Origin: Octopus vulgaris
Taxonomy: Eukaryota
NCBI GenBank assembly: GCA_951406725.2
Contig: OX597820.1
Span: 3,534,001 to 3,598,000 of the forward strand
DNA: 64,000 bases
Reading direction: 5' to 3'
Below the pieces are notes generated by a model, which searched no databases, was not told where the DNA came from, and worked only from the letters and a program-made list of their open reading frames with translations. The translations under genes and the position numbers were made by a program. Each line of letters opens with the position of its first letter. Position 1 is the stretch's first letter. Shown one piece after another: positions 62,875 to 64,000 of the stretch.

Positions 62875-63489
62875 TATATATATAAGGGGAAAGAAAAGAA
62901 ACTGGAGACAAGGAAGTTAATAATTGTTAATTAACAACAAATTGGTCGTCTTCGCTTCTTACAACCGTTTCAATTAATACTCAATGATTCAATTACAGTG
63001 GAGGCACAAGGTTAATGATGAATAAAGAATCCTTGGAAGATCAAGTCTTCAATTAAACATGATTTTGGGAAATGAATTTTATTAAGGAATTATCCTTGTA
63101 AGCTTACACTGGATTATAGGATCATCTCTTCCTACCATTTTTGGTTTTTGTTTTCACTTAGACTGCAGTCTAGCTGAGGTACCACCTCGAAGAATTTTTG
63201 TCAAAGGAGCCGACCCCAGAACTTAATTTTTCTTTTTTTAAGCCTGGTATTTATTCTATCAGTCTTTGCTGCTGAACTGTTAAGTCGTGGGGACCGTAAA
63301 CAAAGTAACGCCATTTGTCAAGCAGCTGAGGGAGACAAATACAAAGACACATTATACACATATTTACATACATACAAATATATCTGTGTATGACAGGCTT
63401 CTTTCAGTTTCCCCTCTACCAAATCCACTCAACAGGCTTTAGTTTGCCCAAGACTTATAATAGAAGACACTTGCCCCAGGTGCCATATA

Positions 63490-63880
63490 TTGAGGAGACC
63501 TATTGAGTCAAGTACATCAACATCAAAATAAAAATTCAAATGGAAATTGTAGTTAAGACACGTCTGTGCCGGTGACACGTAAAAAGCACCGTCCGAACGT
63601 GGCAGATGCCAGCGCCGCCTGACTGGCGTCTGTGTCGGTGGCATGTAAAAAGCACCAACCGATCATGGCCGTTTGCCAGCCTGCTCTGGCCCCTGTGCCG
63701 GTGGCACGTAAAAAACAGCCACTACACTCGCAGAGTGGTTGGCGTTAGGAAGGGCATCCAGCCGTAGAAACACTGCCAAATCAGACTGGGCCTGGTGCAG
63801 CCTCCTGGCTTCCCAGATCCAGGTCGAACCGTCCAACCCATGCCAGCATGGAAAGCGGACGTTAAATGATGATGATGATG
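63490..63880 (+). mobile_element. SINE family 3 (internal tandem GTGCCGGTGGCACGTAAAAAGCACC units, AGGAAGGGCATCCAGC box, (GAT)n tail); representative copy
   Basis: Copies at ~19070-19608(+), 21040-21425(-), 23085-23415(+), 23430-24120(-), 25685-25990(-), 28975-29375(+), 31494-31865(-), 52940-53208(+). Source of the 'GCTRLQSDLAVFLQLDALPNANH' pseudo-ORFs. Confidence 0.85.
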
Positions 63881-64000
63881 AGATATATATATATATATTA
63901 CATGGCTTCACTTAGGCATAGTAATACTTATAACTAGTTCTTAGAACTTATACTTTAGAATAAAGCAACAAGAGAGTACGGAATATGCTATCAATTAATG

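Noticed and set aside
62885-63135. (TA)n-adjacent repeat with GAAACGGTTGTA (minus; similar GAAACGGCTGTA at ~7298 plus) as further hammerheads
   Set aside because: Only the 3' half of the core is visible and no CUGANGA partner was found.

Overview
AT-rich, intron- and repeat-dominated animal genomic DNA. It is most likely an octopus (coleoid cephalopod), judged from recalled SINE families and the abundant (TA)n/(TG)n/(CAT)n tracts; no database check was possible. Two divergently transcribed spliced genes can be reconstructed with consistent splice phases. ATG13 lies on the minus strand (4 coding exons, 41001->139, 421 codons, HORMA domain through the LIR motif; the 3' end runs off the left edge). 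GTPBP8, an EngB/YihA-family GTPase, lies on the plus strand (4 coding exons, 55171->62028; the G4-containing 3' end is off the right edge). Most other ORF-track entries are SINE or microsatellite artefacts. Repeats include three abundant SINE families, a dead near-full-length DD37D/maT Tc1-mariner transposon, hAT- and piggyBac-type MITEs, a non-autonomous Helitron, Helentron/HINE-like elements, CR1 and RTE LINE remnants, and two minisatellites. The most interesting signal is about 8 minimal (dimer-type) hammerhead-ribozyme motifs from at least 5 sequence families, of the kind carried by Penelope-like elements. One family, present twice, fuses a tRNA-like Pol III head to a hammerhead and is bracketed by inverted terminal repeats. 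Another sits in an interleaved A-B-A'-B' inverted-repeat structure between the two genes. Several long near-perfect hairpins lie in the ATG13 introns. No CRISPR array or prokaryotic system is supported.
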